A stretch of 64,000 bases of DNA from the human T2T-CHM13v2.0 reference genome, Homo sapiens. The notes under the pieces were generated by a model. It saw only the letters and a program-made list of their open reading frames with translations, was not told where the DNA came from and searched no databases. Positions 36,086-50,599 of the stretch are shown here, in pieces (position 1 is the stretch's first letter; each line of letters starts with the position of its first letter). Location: assembly GCF_009914755.1 (NCBI RefSeq), contig NC_060929.1; one strand, 5' to 3'. The position numbers and the translations under genes were made by a program.

Positions 36086-36856
36086 TCTGAAAAAAAAATC
36101 AGATGTAAAATATGACTCAAATGCATATGTTTTAGTGTCAGGTTCTAATGTGTTGAATTTAGGTAAGCAAACCATCCAGAAATAATCAGAAGAAAAATAG
36201 AAAGCATATCCGAAGCAAAAGTGAAGATGTGTTTACCAACACAGAGGGTGAAACTGTGGCTAAATATCACAGACTAAATTAGGAAGTACAGGGAAACTAT
36301 TGCATTCACACAGAATGCTAGCAGGTAGGGTACAGTGTTTTGTGTGTGTAGAAGAACCGCTTACCCTGAATTTGCATATCACCAAATTAATTTTCAACAT
36401 ACCATTAACCTATTTATTTATTTGCATATTTTGACAATCCTTTTTACGGTTGCTAAAAATTATTGTTTTCAATTTCTTAATTTAATATGGTACAAGGTTA
36501 TTTTCCCATAGATATGATTTTTTTCCAAAATATATTTATGGAAATATAGTAGATTTTTATCTATCTCTATTTTTCTTCCCTATCATTTTAAGCAGTATTT
36601 CTTCAGAGATTGGTTCCCTTGTTTGTTTGTTTATTTGTTTTGAGGATTTTGTTTGAGTTTGGTGCCTAAAGTCTGATGAATTTAGACTACTTCTTTGTAT
36701 TTATAAACTAATTTCAATACTGTTCAATATCTGTTGGTTTAATTGGTTTCTCCAAACATGTAAAATCACTTTTCCTCCACAATAAATATAAATGATGACC
36801 ATAGGATTCCTGGTCACATTGATTCACAGCTAAGCTCTATGTTTTTCTATCTATAA

Positions 36857-37293
<437 letters not shown>

Positions 37294-37733
37294 GCCCCCA
37301 AAACTTTTTTAGCTAAAGCTGTTTTTTCTCTTTAATAGTTTTATTCTAGGGGAAAATGTTGCAGCCATTCAAACTACCACCTAAGGATGGGTGATTATTT
37401 GATATTTCTATTACTAATCATTTCTCTAATTTCAACTAACTGACCCTTAACTACAACTCTTCCTATTTCTGATCTTAGGAAAATGTTTTCTGTGTTTCTG
37501 ATAAAAATACACTTTTAGATGTTTACTAATTTACCTATACTGATTTCTGATTCCCTCAGCCCTGTTATGTCTTCCCATTAATCAAATGTCATCTACTTTA
37601 TAACTTTCAGAAATATTTTAATGTTCCTATTCTGTTGTGACATACCTCTTAGTAGGCCTCGTCATCCTGCCATGAAATTATTTGTTTGTTATATATTCTG
37701 TCATTTCAATAAAATTTCATCAGAGAAGAAAGG

Positions 37734-37818
37734 CATCATGGACTGCACATTTGCGTCTCTCCCTTCCAACTTAGTATGTTGAAACTGTAACCCCTAAATG
37801 ATGGTATTTGGATATGAG
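37734..37818 (+). mobile_element. MLT1 (MaLR) LTR 5' fragment
   Basis: 'atggactgcacatttgcgtctctccc...tatgttgaaactgtaacccctaaatgatggtatttgga'. Confidence 0.5.
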
Positions 37819-38059
37819 TGGGAGATAATTTTGTCTCATTCACCTATCCAAAAATCCCTACCCTATGGGAGTGTGATACACTCAGCTTTTGCTATGTACC
37901 TCCCTCTTTAAATGATCTTGGCATTAAGCCTATTAAAATTGCACAATTTGAAATTCCAGTGTTTTTTTCTAGAAAGAAGAAAGAGAAAAGTGGATTCTCA
38001 ACTAGAAGCAAAAACATCCACTGAAGTTTGTGAGAGTGCAATAGGCAGGTTAGTGGAAA

Positions 38060-39610
38060 GCTGCTGCCCCAATCTAGCTACAACCTCTACTAATGGTTTT
38101 CTTGAGATTGTAATGAAGGAGGCTAGAAGAGGAGGCTATATTTGTGAAATATTTTGTGTGCAAATCAGCAGGACATGAAGGCTTAATAGATATGGTTAGT
38201 AAAGACACAGTTCCATCCTGAAAGCGTTACCATTTATGGAGATGGAGAACGCGGGGGAAGAATAGATTTCAGGAGAAACTCAGATAATTGGGGTGTTAGA
38301 AAATCTTCTGTTATTGTAGAAATTTTTTAATTATATTTTAAGTTTTGGGATACATGTGCAGAACGTGCAGTTTTGTTACATAGGTATGTACATGCCATGG
38401 TGGTTTGCTGCACCCATCAACCCATCACCTACATTAGGTATTTCTCCTCATGTTATCCCTCCCATAACCCCCCAAGCCCCCTGACAGGCACCGGTGTGTG
38501 ATGTTTCCCTCCTTATGTTCATGTGTTCTCATTGTTCAACTCCCACTTATGAGTGAGAACATGCGGTGTTTGGTTTTCTGTTCTTGTGATAGTTTGCTGA
38601 AAATGATGGTTTCCAGCTTCATCCATGTCCCTGCAAAGGACATGGACTCATCCCTTTTTATGGCTGCATAGTATTCCATGGTGTATATGTGTCACATTTT
38701 CTTTATCTAGTCTAACATTGATTGGGCATTCAGGTTGGTTCGAAGTCATTGCTATTGAGAATAGTGCTGCAATAAATATAGGTGTGCATGTGTCTTTATA
38801 GTAGAATCATTTATAATTTTTTGGGTGTATACCCAGTAATGAGATTGCTGGGTCAAATGGTATTTCTAGTTCTAGATCCTTGAGAAATCACCGGACTGTC
38901 TTCCACAATGGTTGAACTAATTTACACTCCCACCTACAGTGTAAAAGCATTCCTATTTCTCCACATCCTCTCCAGCATCTATTCTTTTCTGACTTTTTAA
39001 TGATCGCCATTCTAATTGGCATGAGATGGTATCTCATTGTGGTTTTGATTTGCATTTCTCTAATGACCAGTGATGACGAGCATTTTTTTCGTATGTCTGT
39101 TGGCTGCATAAATGTCTTCCTTTGAGAAGTGTCTGTTCATATCCTTTGCCCACTTTTTGATGGATATGTTTTTTCTTGTAAATTTGTTTAAGAAAATCTT
39201 ATAATGTACATAGGTGGGATAGTTAATGAGAAAGTAGAATATCTGATCCTGAAGTTTCCAGAAGAGGTGTCCAGGAGAGCTGGATATTCAGGGGTCATCA
39301 AAAATGGTTTTGAAGCCACAAAATATTAATATCAATCAGGGGAGTGTTTGAAGAGGGAAGAGAATGGAGAACGTTACAGATTTTGAAGATGTCTGTCATT
39401 AGTGAGACAGGGGAAGGGGATTATCTGACAGAGTGGAATTAAGGAAAATACCCACAAGGAAAAGAGGAAGGCAAAAGCTGGGTCATGGAAACCAGGAGAA
39501 AATGGGGCATAATAAAAAGGAGAATTGTCTATTATATGAAAATCCGCAGAGAGGTCAAGTAAGATTTTTTAAAAATAATGACATCATTAGTGGTTTGGGA
39601 ATGCAAAGTT
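38060..39610 (-). mobile_element. L2 remnant split by an L1PA insertion
   Basis: Purine-rich L2-type motifs on both sides of the L1: 'ccatttatggagatggagaac', 'ggggtcatca...tggttttgaagccac', 'gagaggtcaagtaagat'. Confidence 0.55.
38322..39190 (-). mobile_element. 5'-truncated L1PA6/7-like LINE-1 3' end
   Basis: 'gggatacatgtgcagaacgtgcag...cacccatcaacccatcacctacattagg'; [17 protein letters not shown]. Confidence 0.93.
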
Positions 39611-40589
39611 CAAGTTACAAATTATACTGAACTTATATTTAAAATATCAATCTCCAAGAATTTTATTTATGAAACAGAATAATGGAGAAATTGGGACAAA
39701 ACTTGACAGGTTGTGGGGACAAGGGGATGACTGAGTTTTGCGTTCATTGTGTGATAAAAGAGTGTAAAGGCAATTTATATGATAATTCAGCAGAATGTGA
39801 CAAATGTACAGATACCGTCTATTGTACAGACAGTTGGCTTTTTATTCCTTAAATGTACAGTGTCTGAGAGAGTTAAGTGCCACCAAGTAATAAGGCCAGG
39901 CCATGAAATATCCTGTCCAGAGACCACTAACAGCAAATGAATTACATACCAGTATGAGCTTCTTGGCACAAAACCTACTGAAGGACCCTGTTGAAATGCA
40001 AATTCCCTTATTATGTTGAATCACATCAAACTTCATAAATAGTATAATGCACATAAATCCATGAAAACTGTTTGTGTTGAGAAAATAAAGTGAATTAATA
40101 TGAGAGTATGCATACATTAGATAATGCCATAAAGCAGCTTTATAAAATAGTGCATTTTATTTGCCATTTACTGTTTGCATTTACCTAGTTTTTTTTAAAA
40201 AAATAATCTCTTCTAGGGACATGAAATGGCAGATATTCAAAGGTGAATATTTATATCTGATTGTAAATGTGAACAGGATAGAGACAAGTAGATTTATTAA
40301 ATAAGCAAAACCTAATGAAATGTTTATTGTTGTATTCAGTACACTAGTATTCAAAAATTTTCATTAAGAATCACTTTATTTTTAAACTTTTAAAGCAATC
40401 AAAATTTTATGGAAATATTATTTTAAATGTCTGTAGAATATAAATAGCTGAAGTTGTGTAATTAAACTGGTAAATTATAAACAAATTGTCAACTACAAAA
40501 CAAATTCCTTCCTACCAACTTTTTCTCTCATATCTGTGAAAGAATCCAACGTAGAATTGTTTTGCATAAACGACTTTAATATCAGTTAA

Positions 40590-41190
40590 AGTCAATACCC
40601 TTTAGCCAAAGACAACAAGGAACACGCCTATCGTAGAATAACCTGAGTATATTTATTATTGCATTGAGAGAGAATACCCACTCTAGACAACTATGGAGCA
40701 GAGCAGTAGGTGGGTATTAGAATAAACCTGTTATAGGATGTGGGGCAATGTTAGGTGATTGTGGGGAGAGTTTAATGGAGTAAAGCTTTACTCTAGATTG
40801 AATGTTATCAGAGAGTAGTTCTATAATTGTCTTATTTAGAAGGAGGGAAGACTTATTTTAATGTCTTATTTAGAAGGAGGGAAGACTGAGTCATGTCACA
40901 GCTGTAATTGGTAAAGAAACAACAACCATTTATATTAGCAGGGAGAAGGGGATGTTTGATGTTTTGTGGCTTGAACAATGGTCATGTTTGGTCTGTGATT
41001 ATGGTATAGCACTGTTTTTACCCTTCTCCATTATGGTCAGTGTGGCCTTATCTGGTGTTATGATTATGGTCAACAAAAGAACACCAAAATCTAGCTGTGA
41101 GTGCCAGACCATCTCATAGTAATGCCAAGGCCTAGTTTATACTACCAGGCCAGCTAGTGGGTATCATGGGCTGATTTTCTCTTTCGTGCA
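40590..41190 (-). mobile_element. MER89-like ERV1 solo LTR
   Basis: 'gtcaataccctttagccaaagacaacaaggaacacgcct', 'agctgtaattggtaaagaa', 'ctagctgtgagtgccag', 'gggctgattttctctttc'; internal 26-bp duplication at ~40828-40887. Confidence 0.75.
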
Positions 41191-41399
41191 AATGATGCAG
41201 TGTGCACTAGTCACGAGTACCCTTTCTCCTCTACAAATCTCATGAAATGACAACAGATTATATAGGTTGAAAATGATCAAATCCATCACAACCAATGGCA
41301 GCAAAGGTTGCCATTAAAGTAAAAAATGTAAGGGAGCACCTGCGATCAGTACAATTCAGCAATAGAAAGTCTAAAAGTCACTGAAATTAAATGGAGAAA

Positions 41400-43000
41400 C
41401 ACAATTTTCTTTTAAAGGCAGTGTCAGAGTTACTGGGAACATTATCAGGAAAATTAAAGAATAGCATGTGAGGTAAATTGACAAGCTAATGCTAATATTT
41501 TTGAAAATACAAAAGAATAAGAACAACTGAAGCAATCTTGAAAAAGAAAAAAATCCAGAGAAAATATGTTTCTATATGGTAGTAATTGGTATAAAACTAT
41601 AATAACATAAACAACATGGCATTGAAGCAGGGCCCAAAATTAGAAAACTGTCACAGAATAAATTTCAGCAGTAGTCCCACCAGTTTACATGTTGCACTGT
41701 AATACAATGCAGACAGGATGGTTGTTTCCTAAATGTCACTGAATCAACTGGATAACTAAACAGAAATATATATATATATATGCACACACACACTACACAT
41801 ACACATATATATGCACACAAACACACACACACATATATGCATATATGCACCTGGACTTAACTTGTTGAGACATTAGAGTTTAATAAAATTATTAACTCTT
41901 TATAGATTGCTGGTTGGAATTTAAATTTTTGCAACCACATTTGTAACTGTTTAGAAGTATCTAAAGAAGCTAAACATATGATTTCTCTGTAAACCAGCCA
42001 TTCTACTTTTAGGTATAACCTTGAAAGAAATACATACATATTTCTAAAAACACAAGTAAAACAATGTTCTTAGGAGTTCCTTTTGTAATAGGTAAAATCT
42101 CAAACAACCTAACTGTGCATCTTCCTTAGAATAGATAAGCAAACTGTCATATATTCATACAGTGAATGTGGTGGAATGTGATTCCTGACTCTCACACCCT
42201 GTGTAATTGCCTCTCTCCAGTATGGACTGTACCCAATCACTCACTTCTAACTAATAAAATATACAAAAAGTTCAATGATTTCACTTTTAAGGTTAAGTAA
42301 TGAAGAGACTGTAGCGTCGGTCCTGGCTATTCTCTTTCACGCCCTTGCTGGCTCTGAGGGAAGCCAGTGGCCGTGTCGTGATGTGCCCTATGAAGAGGAC
42401 CACAAAGTAACTGATGACCTGACCAACATCCAGCATGAACCATATGAGTTAGCTTGAATCAGACTTTCTTCTTTTAACACTTTGGAGACAACTGCCATCC
42501 TGGCTCATACCTTGATTGCAATATTGAGGCAGGTCCTGAGCCAGACTTACATAGCTGAATTCTACCTGGATTGCTGATTCACAGAAACTATAAGTAATAA
42601 TTGTTTGATGCCTTAAGCCCCAATGTTTTAAGGTAATTTATTTTACAGCAATCGACAGGTAATAGAGTGGAACATGAAAGAGAACTATGAGAATGAACAA
42701 ATGACAGTTATATTTAAGACACTTGGGTAAATATTGCAAACAAAAATTGAAACAGTAAAACCAGGCACAAAATGATGCGTGCTATGTGATTCCATGCACA
42801 AACATCCCCAAAATAGGCCAGACTTATCTATAGCATTAGAAGCCCAAATAATGCTCATGCTTGGGAATAGCATAACACTATCCTTGGAAATAGAGAGTGT
42901 CTGAAAGTCGTCTGAAGGGGATTTTTTGTGTCTCTTGCTTCTGTTTTGAAAATGTATAAAGCTGTTTACTTTTGATTTGTATACTTTTCTGAATGTGTAT
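41400..43000 (+). mobile_element. Old L1MC/ME ORF2 and 3' remnants, host of the MLT1 LTR
   Basis: 'attgacaagctaatgctaatatttt', 'gcaatcttgaaaaaga', 'gaatagataagcaaactgtcatatattcatac', 'ttatctatagcattagaag'. Confidence 0.55.
42167..42666 (+). mobile_element. MLT1F-like MaLR solo LTR
   Basis: tgtggtgg start; 'gctctgagggaagccag', 'ttttaaggtaatttattttacagcaat'; 5-bp TSD gtgaa/gtgga. Confidence 0.8.
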
Positions 43001-44515
43001 TCTATTATTACTTCATAGATGATTACACTAAAACATGACTTTTACACTCAGTTCTTTGCTTTATTTGACCTGTTCTTTTCTTTTGTCCATAATTTTGTGG
43101 TTGAGTTTTCCCTGCCTTTTGTTTTTAAATGTGTCTTTGGACATAATATAATGCTGAATTATTTTTAAATCAAATTACAGCTTTTCTACTTTCAACAAAT
43201 TATTTTAAGCCTTTGCATTTACTGTAGTTACTGAAAGTTTAAGATTTGGTCCTATCATCTTATTTGTTTTTGTTTTACCAGGTTGTCTTTTCTTCCATTC
43301 ACTGGATTAATTTATTTTGTCCAACATCTCTGCAGTTTGGATGTTACAAATTTCATGTGGGTTCTTGGGGTTGACTCATAGCATATTTACAACTTTATCT
43401 CCCATGTCATAGTCCAAAGCCTGGTAAGTGAACATTATTAATTAGTGGGTGACTTTTGATGATAATGATCAAAAAAAGATGAAATATGGTAGTAAAAATT
43501 TAAAAAATTTAAAAATTAGTAAATCATATAAAATGAACATAGGTCAAAAAACTATTGTGGAGACTTATGTATGCATATACATAAAGGCCATTGTTGCTTG
43601 TTTTGCTTTCTTGTGAAGTGGGAGAAGAAACTAGGATTTGAACAAATAGATGAAGTTCCATAAAAGGCTTCACTCTCCAGATATCACTTCCATTTGCCCT
43701 GATAATGGGTTTGCACCCCATGCATTGGCAATATAAAGAGAAAAGCCATTTGCAAATGAAGTAAATAGCACTTAGAAATGTAGCCACATGTGGTAGAGTG
43801 AAAACATATTCAGAGATATTCTGTAGATAATTTTAGGACTAAAATGAGAAAGAATAAAATTGACCATAAAACATACTAAGATGTTCAGGTTCTAATAGGA
43901 TTTAAAAAATAAATATCCATAATTATCTATGAAACTGTACAAACAGCTCTAAAAACAGAACCAAGCTTACAAGGGCAGTGAAGGCAAAAAGAGACGGGTC
44001 AGTTTAATATTAACTAGTTTATAGAAGCAATAATGAGAATTGCCTAAATCTTTGCAAAATTTACATCAGAAAAACTTAGGATGGTTGTGCCACACTGAGG
44101 TGAAAATCAGGCAGCATGAGAGTTATCATCCAGGAAAGATTTTCCCGATGCCAAGCTACTCCCATTGACTTTTTATATTATAATGAAAGTGTAGTAAAGG
44201 GAGATGAATTTAAGAGCTTGATTTGAGAACAGAACTGGACAGTTTTGTACATTCATCCAGGGGCACCAAATTCTCCCCAGGGAGTTATTGCAAATCAGCA
44301 GAGGAAACAAAGGATGGTTATTATGTCAGTTTTTAAAATATTTCTATTCCTTTCCCACCTTCCTATTGTCAAACTGTAAACATTCTTCTCCTAGGAAATA
44401 AGCAAGTTCTTTCAAATCCAGATGTTTTCAGTTAAATTAGGATTGTAAAGTTTGAACAGTTTATTGCAACCACATCGTTCTTATTTCTTAAGCTTCCAAA
44501 TAAATGTCAACATAC

Positions 44516-44517
<2 letters not shown>

Positions 44518-44552
<35 letters not shown>
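44518..44552. repeat. (TA)n microsatellite
   Basis: Pure TA run. Confidence 0.95.
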
Positions 44553-44555
<3 letters not shown>

Positions 44556-44647
44556 ACATAATTGTTTTATTGTTAAATATACATTTTTTGGTATATTTAC
44601 TGTTAAACATATGTATATTTAACCATAACTGTTAAACATACATATAT

Positions 44648-44939
44648 GGGCAGGGCACAATGGCTCACACCTGTAATCCTACCACTTTGGGAGGCTGAGG
44701 CAGGTCACCAGAGGTCATGGGTTTGAGATCAGCCTGGCCAACATGTTGAAACCCAGTCTCTACTAAAAATACAAAAATTAGCCGGGCATGGTGGCACATG
44801 CCTGTAATCCCAGCTACTCGGGAGGCTGAGGCAGGAGAATCACTTGAACCTAGGAGGCGGAGGTTGCAGTGATCCGAGATCTCGCTACTGCACTGCAGAC
44901 TGGATGACAGAGTGAGACTCCATCCAAAAAAAAAGAAAA
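44648..44939 (+). mobile_element. AluS SINE followed by (TG)n to ~45015
   Basis: Alu body 'agcctggccaacatgttgaaaccc...gaggttgcagtga'; A tail. Confidence 0.94.
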
Positions 44940-45207
44940 TACACATATGTGTTTGTGTGTTTTGTGAATATGTATGTAAGTGAATGTGTGTGTGTGTGTG
45001 TCTCTGTGTGTGTGTAAAATTGAGTTTTAACTAACTTGTATTTACTGCTTTTATGTTCTGCTCTCTTGTTTGGTCAACATCACTTTACTACATTATGTTA
45101 CTGCATAGACATTGTGTTTTTTGAAATTTTAGCAACTGATATCTGAGAGGACCTTTGTAGGGAAAACTCCAAAGGTTGATTCTCTTTTGATAAGATATAT
45201 GTTAGCA

Positions 45208-45447
45208 AGCTGGGCACAGTGGTGCGTATCTGTAATCCCAGCTACTCCAGATGCTGAGGCAGGAGGATTCCTTAATGCCAGGGGTCAAGGCAGTAGTACA
45301 CTGTGATTGCACCTGTGAATAGCCATTGTATTTGAGCCCGGGCAACATAGCAAGACCAAGTCTCTTTAAAAAAAAGAAAGAAAGAGAGGAAAAAAAAACA
45401 GGAAAAAATAAGAGAAGAGAAAGAAAAGAAAAGAAAGGAAAGGAAAA
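45208..45447 (+). mobile_element. FAM (fossil Alu monomer, 7SL-derived) with an A/G-rich tail
   Basis: Monomer retaining the 7SL-specific 'gattgcacctgtgaatagcca' segment and 'gggcaacatagcaagacc'. Confidence 0.85.
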
Positions 45448-45929
45448 CCTAAATCTTCACGGAGTAGGTAATAGAATCCAACAGGGATTCCCTATACTCA
45501 TTAATTTCTATGTTGCCCCACAAGTGCAACACTGGCATATTGTAGCTTTCCTCAGGACATCATAGTATTGCCTGCTTAGTATCTGCCGTTTTAGCACCTA
45601 TTTTTAAGGTGTTTTTTTAACATCAGTAAGGTTCGTGTTCTGATAAGAAGCTGTCATCCCTGGATTAATTCAACATCTTGGCCAAAATCTGTAGCTTATT
45701 TGTCAATTTCATTGCTAAGTGAAAATTAATCAGAAGCACTGAAAATAAACAAAAAAAATAGATTCATTCTTTTTACTACATAGACTTCCTAATTTTACAT
45801 ATATGGTCAGAGCCAATAATTTTAGTGAGTGATAAAGTTCAAATTCTTCATAAAATGTTTGTAGCCATTTTATAATACAATGATTATTATGGTGATGGAA
45901 AGTAAATACATGCGAAAATACACCTATAA

Positions 45930-46120
45930 CACTACCACGTACCAGACACTGCCCCATATACTTTTTATATTCACTCATTTGAATATCACAACAAAACTTA
46001 AGGAAGTATTAGAAACATGAGAAAAATTAAACTTACATGATTGGTAAGTGATAGAATCAAGAATCAAATTCAAACGGTATCATTCTACAAGCCACGCTCA
46101 TAAACTCTACCTATTCTGTC
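45930..46120 (-). mobile_element. MIR SINE, degraded
   Basis: 'taccagacactg...ctcatttgaatatcacaacaa...gtaagtgatagaatcaagaatcaaattca...cacgctcataaactcta'. Confidence 0.65.
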
Positions 46121-49100
46121 CTTTGTCATATATTACTACATGGCATTAAACCCTACACTATAACGTCTCTCCTCATTTCCTCCTTGCTGCCTATAATAAA
46201 AAAAATTATACCAGCTAGCAACGTTTTAAAGATAAATTAAAATATTATGTGTATCAATATTTTAGATTTTTGAGGTTTAATTTTTATTGCTAAAATCTAG
46301 TGGGACATAAATATATAAATATGTGTGTGAATGTGCTGTAAGTGTGAGAAATAGACATGAAAAAATCTGTAAATAATTTTACTTTAATATTTCACTAACA
46401 AGTGGATAAAAAATCTAAATCTATTAATAGTTTCTTTTCATTTCTCTATGCCATTATTAAGGAAATAAAAAACATATACATATTATAAACATAAATTACA
46501 TAATCACAGCTTATTTTATAAACTACAAATCTACATGGTACATATATAATTTTGGCATTCACATTTAATTTATAATTATTTTTTAGGGAAAATCTTGTTT
46601 TAGGGTCAATAAATGCTTAAAAACTTTCCAAACCATGCTTATGTTAAATTAGTGAAATTAATTTAATAAAATTTTTCATGTTTATAAACATGAAAATCAT
46701 TTTAAACTGGAAATTTTGTTTTTTTATTAGACTTTAAGTTCTGAGATACATGTGCAGAACATGCAGGTTTGTTACATAGGTATACATGTGGCATAGTGGT
46801 TTGCTGCACCCATCAACCCAACATTTACATTAGGTATTTCTCCTAATTCTATCCCTCTCCTTACCCCCCACCGCATGACGGGCTCCAGTGTGTGATGTTC
46901 CCCTCCCTGGGCCCATATGTTCTCATTGTTCAACTCCCACTACGTGTGAGAACATAAGGTGTTTGGTTTTCTTTTCCTGCGTTAGTTTGCTGAGAATAAT
47001 GGTTTCCAGCTTCATTTATGTCCCTGCAAAGGACATGAACTCATCCTGTTTTATGGCTGCATAGTATTCCATGGTGTGTATGTGCCACATTTTCTTAATC
47101 CAGTCTAACATTGATGGGTATTTGGGTTGGTTCGAAGTCTTTGCTATTGTGAATAGTGTGGCACTAAACATGGGTGTGCATGTGTCTTTATAGTAGAATG
47201 ATTTATAATCCCTTGGGTATATACCCAGTAATAAGATTCCTGGGTCAAATAGTATTTCTGGTTATAGATTTTTGAGGAATTGCTACACCGTCTTCCATAA
47301 TGGTTGAACTAATTTACACTCCCACCAACAATGTAAAAGTGTTCCTATTTCTCCACATTGTCTCCAGCATCTGTTGTTTTCTGACTTTTTAATGATTGCC
47401 ATTATAACTGAGGTGAGATGGTATCTCATTGTGGTTTTGATTTACATTTCTCTAATGACTAATGATGGTGAGCTTTTTTTCCTATGTTTGTTGGCCACAT
47501 AAATGTCTTCTTTTAAGAAGTGTCTGTTCATATCCTTTGCCCACTTTTTGATGGGCTTGTTTGTTTTTTCCTTGTAAATTTAAGTTCCTTGTAAATTCTG
47601 GATATTAGCCTTTTGACAGATGGCTAGATTGCAAAAATTTCCTCCCATTCTATAGGTTGCCTGTTCACTCTGTTGATAATTTATTTTGCCATGCAGAAGC
47701 TCTTTAGTTTAATTAGATCCGATTTGCCAATTTTGGCTTTTGTTGCAATTGCTTTTGATGTTTTAGTCATGAAGTCTTTGCCCATGCCTATATCCTGAAT
47801 GATATTACCTAGGTTTTCTTCTAGGGTTTTTATGGTTTTAGGTCTAATGTTTAAGTCTTTAATCCATCTTGAGTTAATTTTTGTATAAGGTGTAAGGAAG
47901 GGGTCCAGTTTCAGTTTTCTGCATATGGCTAGCCAGTTTTGCCAACACCATTTATTAAATAGGGAATCCTTTCCCCATTGCTTATTTTGGTCAGGTTTGT
48001 CAAAGATCAGATGGTTGCAGATGTGTGGCATTATTTCTGAGGCCTCTATTCTGTTCCATTGGTCTATATATCTGTTTTGGTACCAGTACCATGCTGTTTT
48101 GGTTACTGTAGCCTTGTAGTATAGTTCAAAGTCAGGTAGCATGATGCCTCCAGCTTTGTTCTTTTTGCTTAGGATTGTCTTGGATACAAAGCCTCTTTTT
48201 TGGTTCCATGTGAAATTTAAAGTAGTATTTTCTAATTATGTGAAGAAAGCCAATGGTTGCTTGATGGGAATAGCATTGAATCTATAAATTACTTTGGGCA
48301 GTAGGGCCATTTTCACAGTATTAATTCTTCCTATTCAGGAGCATGGATTGTTTTTCTATTTGTTTGTATTCTCCCTTGAGCAGTGGTTTGTAGTTCTCCT
48401 TGAAGAGGTCCTTCACATTCCTTGTAAGTTGTATTATGAGGTATTTTATTCTCTTTGTAGCAATTGTGAATGGGAGTTTGCTCATGATTTGGCTCTCTGT
48501 TTGTCTCTCTTGTCTATTGGTGTATAGGAATGCTTGTGATTTTGCACGTTGATTTTGTATCCTGAGAGTTTGCTCAAGTTGGTCATCAGCTTAGGAAGTT
48601 TTTGGGCTGAGACAATGGGGTTTTCTAAATATACAATCGTGCCATCAGCAAACAGAGATAATTTGATTTCTTGCCTTCTTATTTGAATATGCTTTATTTC
48701 CTTGTCTGGCCTGATTGCCCTGATGAGAACTTCCAATACTATTTGAATAGGAATAGTGAGAGAGGGCATCTTGTCTTGTGCTGGTTTTCAAAGGGAATGA
48801 TTCCAGCTTTTGCCTATTCAGTATGATATTGTCTGTGGGTTTGTCACAAATAACTCTTATTATTTTGATATATATTTCATTAATACCTAGTTTATTGAGT
48901 GTTTTTAGTATGAAGGAGTGTTGAATTTTATTGAAGGCCTTTTCTGCATTTTTGAGATAATCATGTGGTTTTTGTCACTGGTTCTCTTTATGTGATGAAT
49001 TATGTTTGTTGATTTGTGTATGTTGAACCAGCCTCATGTGCCAGAGATGAAGCCGACTTGATCATGATGGGTAAGCTTTTTGATGTTCTGCTGGATTTAG

Positions 49101-49518
49101 TTTGCCAGTATTTAGTTGAGGATTTTCACATTGATATTCTTCAAGGATATTGCCCTGAAATTTTCTTTTTGTGTTGTATCTCTCCCAGGTTTTGGTATCA
49201 GGATGATGCTGGCCCCTTGAGTTAGGGAGGATTCCTTCTTTTTCTATTGTTTAGAATAGTTTCAGAAGGAATGGTAACAGCTCCTCTTTGTACCTCTGGT
49301 AGAATTTGGCTGTGAATCCATCTGGTCCTGGGTTTTTGTTTTTTGTTTTTTTTTTTGGTTGGTAGGCTATTAATTACTGCCTCAATTTCAGACCTTGTTG
49401 CTGGTCTATCCAGAGATTTGGTTTCACCTGGTTTAGACTTGGGAGGTGTATGTGTCCAGGAATTTATCCATTTCTTCTAGGTTTTCTAGTTTAGTTGCAT
49501 AGAGGTGTTTCTAGTATT

Positions 49519-49856
49519 TGTTGGGGTGATCAGATCCAACACCAGGTCTTAAGGGTGACGAAGTCCGGCGGAGTCAAAGGAATGAGAAAAATTTGAGAGT
49601 GAAAGTGGGACCAGGGGGCCATCGCGAGTGTGGAGGCTGCGAAGGCCCCAAGCTCTGGGAGCCCACGCTATTTATTTGTGCTCAAACAAACAGGTAGTGA
49701 GGATGTGGGGGTTGAGAGGAAACAATGTATCAAGTAAATGAGAAACATATAGCTGCTTGAGATAACAGGAGTGCTAGAAGCAAGGAGCCAGCAAGTCTAG
49801 CAGACATGCAAGCCCTGCCTCAGCTTCTCTCCCAACACTCAGCTTTTCTCCCAACA
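49519..49856 (-). mobile_element. 3' LTR (LTR14A-like, 338 bp)
   Basis: Direct repeat of 54451-54793; preceded on the minus strand by the polypurine tract. Confidence 0.92.
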
Positions 49857-49875
49857 TGCCCCCTTTCTCTTTTTT
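49857..49875 (-). promoter_or_regulatory. Polypurine tract (PPT)
   Basis: Minus strand AAAAAAGAGAAAGGGGGCA abutting the LTR TG. Confidence 0.85.
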
Positions 49876-50599
49876 GTAAAAACCACCACAGCTATCATTA
49901 TTACTAACAAGGTGGCCTCTTTTTAAATTAATTGAGCAAGGCAATTGCAGGCTGTGCAGATCTTCATTGTCAGTTGGTGATCCAGCTTCATTTTTCTTAG
50001 CCCTTATTCCAAATGGAGTCGCTCTGGTTTGAATGCTTCCTACATATCTTCCCTTTCCCTTTTACAAGAGGACCCTTAATCCTAGGGGTTGCAGAAGGAT
50101 GAAAATCCATCTTCTGTAACTTCTTCATGCTGAATAGGGGAGATGATACTCCTGCCTACCTATTAGGGTCTCTTGTATTCAGGGTAGAGAGAAGTTCGGT
50201 CAGAAAGCATTGGTTTTAAGCATCTATTAGTAAAACCCTGGTGCTCCAGCAGTTTCTCAGCATGTCTCATACTGGGGGAACCCAGTCCATGGTTGTACAC
50301 ATCTTGAGGGCACCTACAAGGTTTGTTCTTCTCCTGCAAAAACACAAGCATACTCTCACCCCCACATTAGTAAATCTACTGAAACAGAAGCAAAGACTTT
50401 TGTGGCTGTAGCCAGGAGGCATGCCATTGCTGAAGCATTTGTAACTCGGCTTCTGCCTCTTTGGTAAATTACTGTGGCATAAAACTTACTGTTGATAATG
50501 AGAAGCAGGCTCTGTCTAACAGAAGGCACAGAGAAAGCAAATCAAGGCTTAAAAGCAATCCTTAAACCTTCAATTTGCACTGTACAGGTGGGTCCACTA

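Noticed and set aside
45208-45375. Possible 7SL RNA gene
   Set aside because: Lacks most of the S domain, is highly diverged and has an A tail; it is a FAM retrocopy.
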